Origin: a virus
Taxonomy: Duplodnaviria; Caudoviricetes
Length of the DNA stretch: 64,000 nucleotides
Strand: one strand, 5' to 3'
IMG/VR virus record: IMGVR_UViG_3300026094_000002
Part shown: positions 61,074 through 64,000 of the stretch, one piece after another
Layout: each line of letters starts with the position of its first letter
Numbering within the stretch: position 1 is the stretch's first letter
Notes under the pieces: model-generated
Databases searched by the model: none
Told to the model about the DNA's origin: nothing
The model's input: the letters and a program-made list of their open reading frames with translations, nothing else
Position numbers and translations under genes: made by a program

Positions 61074-63330
61074 CTAACACAACATGACCAGACTCACTAA
61101 TTCTAGGATTGGCAATATTTTCAATGTCAAATTTTACTTCATCATCAACAAGGTCAGCACGAACAATGCAATCAGAAAGATTATCAAATAATATACGGCG
61201 ACCTAGCGGAACTGAAATCATTTCGTCAATTTTTCTAGACAATGGTCGTGCACCCATCTTAGGATCATAGCCATCTTCAGCAAGGCGATCTATTACCGCT
61301 TCTGATAAATTAAACTTAATATTTTTATCTTCAAGTGATGCTTTTAATTCATCAATAAATTTGACAACAATCTTCTTGATTGAAAGTGTATCAAGTTTGG
61401 CAAACTTACAGGTAGCATCAATGCGGTTTCTCAACTCTGGCTTAAAGAATTCTCGCATTGCCTTGTCTTCTTCGCCACTACGCTCTAGACTCTTGCCAAA
61501 GCCAATGTTGTTCTTCTCGTTTTCTGTTGAGCCAAGATTGGATGTCATAATAACAATGCAATTTCTAACATCAACTTGCTTTCCATTTGACCCAGTTATT
61601 TTCCCTTCATCAAGCATCTGTAAGAAAATGTTGGTAACATCAGGGTGTGCTTTTTCAACCTCATCAAAAAGTAATACCGAATAAGGATTTTTGCTTACAT
61701 CAGAAATTAAACGACCACCGCCTAGATTACTATCTTCAAATCCAACATATCCCGGAGGTGCACCAATCAAGCCAGAAACAGTATGTTTTTCTTGGTACTC
61801 ACTCATATCATATTTCATAAGTGGCATATCAAGATTTTCTGACAACAATCGTGCCAACTCTGTCTTGCCGGTTCCCGTTGGACCTAAGAAAACAAAACTT
61901 GCAATTGGACGTGTCGGAGAACCCAATCCAGCAAAATTCACATAAATTCTTTCTAGAACGGTATCAACTGCTTCATCTTGCCCGTATAGTTTTGTTTTAA
62001 TTGTACTTTCAAGGTTTCTAATCTTCTCATTGTGTTTTTCTTGAAGATGATCAACCGGAATTCCTGCCGCCTTGGATAATTGATTTTCAATATCTTGTTG
62101 AGATACTTTATACGCTTTGTTGTCTTTAGCACGTTCTCTTGCACACGCACCATCAATTAAATCAATGCTCTTGTCAGGATTCTTACGATCATGAATATAT
62201 CTTGCACTTAGACGAACTGCAGACTCAATTGCATCAGTTTCTATTTCAACATCATGGAAATATTCTAATCTTGGGCTTAATCCTACTAGTATCTTTTTAG
62301 TAGTCTCGTCACTTGGTTCATCTATTGATACGCGGTGGAACCGACGCATAAGTGCTCTGTCCTTTTCAAAACTCTCATAAAATTCCTCCCACGTTGTAGA
62401 AGCAATAACCTTAAAAGATCCGCGTGTAATAGCTGGCTTAAGCATATTTGCAAAGTCTAGACTACTAGAACTTCCTGCACCTGCTCCTTTCATTGTGTGT
62501 GCCTCGTCAATAAAAAGAATTGCAGTTTTTCTTGCTTCAAGAGCAGAAATAATATTCTTTAACTTTTCTTCAAATTCTCCACGATGCTTACAACCAGCAA
62601 GTAAGCTTCCTATCTCAAGACTCCACACAGTATGGTCTTTAAGGAATCTAGGCACTTCTTCGTCAATTATACGCTGTGCTAGTCCATCAACAATTGCGGT
62701 CTTTCCAACACCAGCATCACCTACCATTAGAACATTACTTTTAAACTTACGAGCCAGAACTTCAACCATTTCTTCAAGTTCTTCACTTCTGCCGATCATT
62801 GGTTCAATTTGGTCATTAGCAGCCATCTCAGTTAAGTTGGTGCAATGTTCAGCAAGGATTTCTTCTGCTTGTTCTTCATTAAGTTTGAAGTCTGCTTTAC
62901 GATAATGTGTCTGCCAAAACTCAACAAATTCTTCTTTGGCAATTCCATATTTTAGTAGAAAGTATTGTGCATGACTGTTTGTTTCAGACATTATTGCTAG
63001 ATAAAGATCACCAGTTGTGACCTTGCGACGCCCAGTAAAAAGAACTTGCGTCAGTGCCCGGTTAAAAACTCTTTCTAACGCATGGGTTTTGACAGGCTCA
63101 ACCGTTTTTTGACTTGTTATTGTTATCCCAATTTGACTATCAACATATGCCTCAACCTCAGCATCCATTGCTGCAGAATCCACGCCAAATTTGTCAATGA
63201 CATTTCTAAATGGTGTGTGTCTCATTAATGCCAGAAGCAAATGTTCAAGCAGCACATACTCATGACTTTTCTCTTTTGCGATTCGGGTAGCCTGTTCAAT
63301 TATCTGTTCTATTTCTTGGTTATTTTGCAT
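61045..63330 (-). CDS. clpA: ATP-dependent Clp protease ATP-binding subunit ClpA
   Basis: N-domain HEY...EHLL, GDAGVGKT / FIDEAH, GPTGTGKT / LFDEVEK, FKPELRNR and GARPL motifs; no ClpB M-domain. Confidence 0.92.
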   Translation of the reverse strand: MQNNQEIEQIIEQATRIAKEKSHEYVLLEHLLLALMRHTPFRNVIDKFGVDSAAMDAEVEAYVDSQIGITITSQKTVEPVKTHALERVFNRALTQVLFTGRRKVTTGDLYLAIMSETNSHAQYFLLKYGIAKEEFVEFWQTHYRKADFKLNEEQAEEILAEHCTNLTEMAANDQIEPMIGRSEELEEMVEVLARKFKSNVLMVGDAGVGKTAIVDGLAQRIIDEEVPRFLKDHTVWSLEIGSLLAGCKHRGEFEEKLKNIISALEARKTAILFIDEAHTMKGAGAGSSSSLDFANMLKPAITRGSFKVIASTTWEEFYESFEKDRALMRRFHRVSIDEPSDETTKKILVGLSPRLEYFHDVEIETDAIESAVRLSARYIHDRKNPDKSIDLIDGACARERAKDNKAYKVSQQDIENQLSKAAGIPVDHLQEKHNEKIRNLESTIKTKLYGQDEAVDTVLERIYVNFAGLGSPTRPIASFVFLGPTGTGKTELARLLSENLDMPLMKYDMSEYQEKHTVSGLIGAPPGYVGFEDSNLGGGRLISDVSKNPYSVLLFDEVEKAHPDVTNIFLQMLDEGKITGSNGKQVDVRNCIVIMTSNLGSTENEKNNIGFGKSLERSGEEDKAMREFFKPELRNRIDATCKFAKLDTLSIKKIVVKFIDELKASLEDKNIKFNLSEAVIDRLAEDGYDPKMGARPLSRKIDEMISVPLGRRILFDNLSDCIVRADLVDDEVKFDIENIANPRISESGHVVLDDEDTTEIN

Positions 63331-63403
63331 AATATCTCTACTTTGTTGTTTAAAATTGTATGATGTCGGCTGACATTTCGCGATTCTGGATAACTAAAAA
63401 TAT

Positions 63404-64000
63404 TTAGTTTTCTTTGCCTCGGTAATCTTCAATTGTTTGTTTTAAAGAATCAGGAATGTTTTTTGGAATATAAGCATTTATCCGAACAAACATATCACCT
63501 GTTTTTTCATTACGGTCTTTTAATCCGTGTTTATTAATTCTCATCATTGTGTTTGGTTGTGTCTCAGCAGGTATTGTGAGTTTTATCTGTGAATTAAGTA
63601 TGGTTTCAACCGTAATTGATGTGCCTAATATTAAATCCCAAACATTAACTGATTTTTCGGTTAATAAATCGAGTCCGTGCCTCTCCCATTTTTTGTCTGG
63701 CATGATTTTAAAATTAACAATTAAATCTCTTTCGCCTTTGATTAATTTTGGGTATCTTACTGATGAACCATCATCTATTGCTGGGGGGATGTCAATTTCA
63801 ACGTGCTCGTTATGTCTGCCATTATTTACAGAAAGTATTTTTCTATCAGCCCGTGCAACATCTTCTAAAGTTATCCAGAGTGACATTGTTACAGCGGATT
63901 GTCTTCTTGCGTTCCCACGTCTATGAACATGAACACCAAACATATCAAAAATGTCTTGTGGATCTATGTCGCTAAAATCACCAAAGTCACCATAATGAAC
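63404..64000 (-). CDS. DnaJ/CbpA-type chaperone, C-terminal part (5'-truncated by window edge)
   Basis: G/F-like region, TLED, IDIPPAIDDG, DLLTEKSV, LTIPAETQPN and GDMFV; the frame is open to base 64000. Confidence 0.85.
   Translation of the reverse strand, partial: VHYGDFGDFSDIDPQDIFDMFGVHVHRRGNARRQSAVTMSLWITLEDVARADRKILSVNNGRHNEHVEIDIPPAIDDGSSVRYPKLIKGERDLIVNFKIMPDKKWERHGLDLLTEKSVNVWDLILGTSITVETILNSQIKLTIPAETQPNTMMRINKHGLKDRNEKTGDMFVRINAYIPKNIPDSLKQTIEDYRGKEN

Noticed and set aside
108-63975. The many 60-170 aa ORFs antisense to or nested in long genes in the ORF track
   Set aside because: They are shadow frames of well-supported genes, with no RBS, promoter motif or recognisable domain.
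1-64000. Alternative genetic code (stop-codon reassignment), as in some large phages
   Set aside because: Conserved enzymes are full length in code 11, coding density is high, and TAA, TAG and TGA all appear as stops.
1-64000. Bacterial chromosome/prophage or eukaryotic giant virus origin
   Set aside because: There is no integrase, rRNA or housekeeping operon structure. T4-like polymerase, RNase H and late motifs with many phage-type hypotheticals indicate a phage, and sigma70 promoters, SD sequences and tmRNA indicate a bacterial host.

Overview
This AT-rich, gene-dense segment looks like part of a large lytic (jumbo-type) tailed phage genome, mostly encoded on the minus strand and read in the standard genetic code. 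No CRISPR array, tRNA gene, integrase or transposase was seen. Replication and nucleotide genes include a family B DNA polymerase, a putative sliding clamp, a T4 RNase H-like 5'-3' exonuclease, ThyX, a MazG-like pyrophosphatase and a zinc deaminase. The polymerase is fractured into two genes inside its catalytic YGD|TDS motif. The halves carry a naturally split, cysteine-free intein (Ser1/Thr+1), and a radical SAM gene lies between them. A circularly permuted two-piece tmRNA of alphaproteobacterial type (tag ANDDFYSEDFALAA) points to an alphaproteobacterial host. The window carries a very large modification toolkit: seven radical SAM genes (two B12-binding type), a carbamoyltransferase, five GT10-like paralogs, GT2-like enzymes, two DegT aminotransferases, two epimerases, a sulfotransferase, a methyltransferase and two SGNH-like proteins. 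Likely cofactor-support genes are ErpA/IscA, Dps and an MTHFR-like protein. Also present are ClpA, DnaJ, a MoxR-vWA pair, a D-amino acid dehydrogenase, an FG-GAP lipoprotein and a block of probable internal-head polyproteins. Non-coding signals include a 54-bp direct repeat flanking a B12 radical SAM gene, a hairpin cluster with GGAGCGG loops, and two promoter classes (sigma70-like and a T4-late-like TAAATA motif). All protein calls come from motif recognition by eye, not from database searches.
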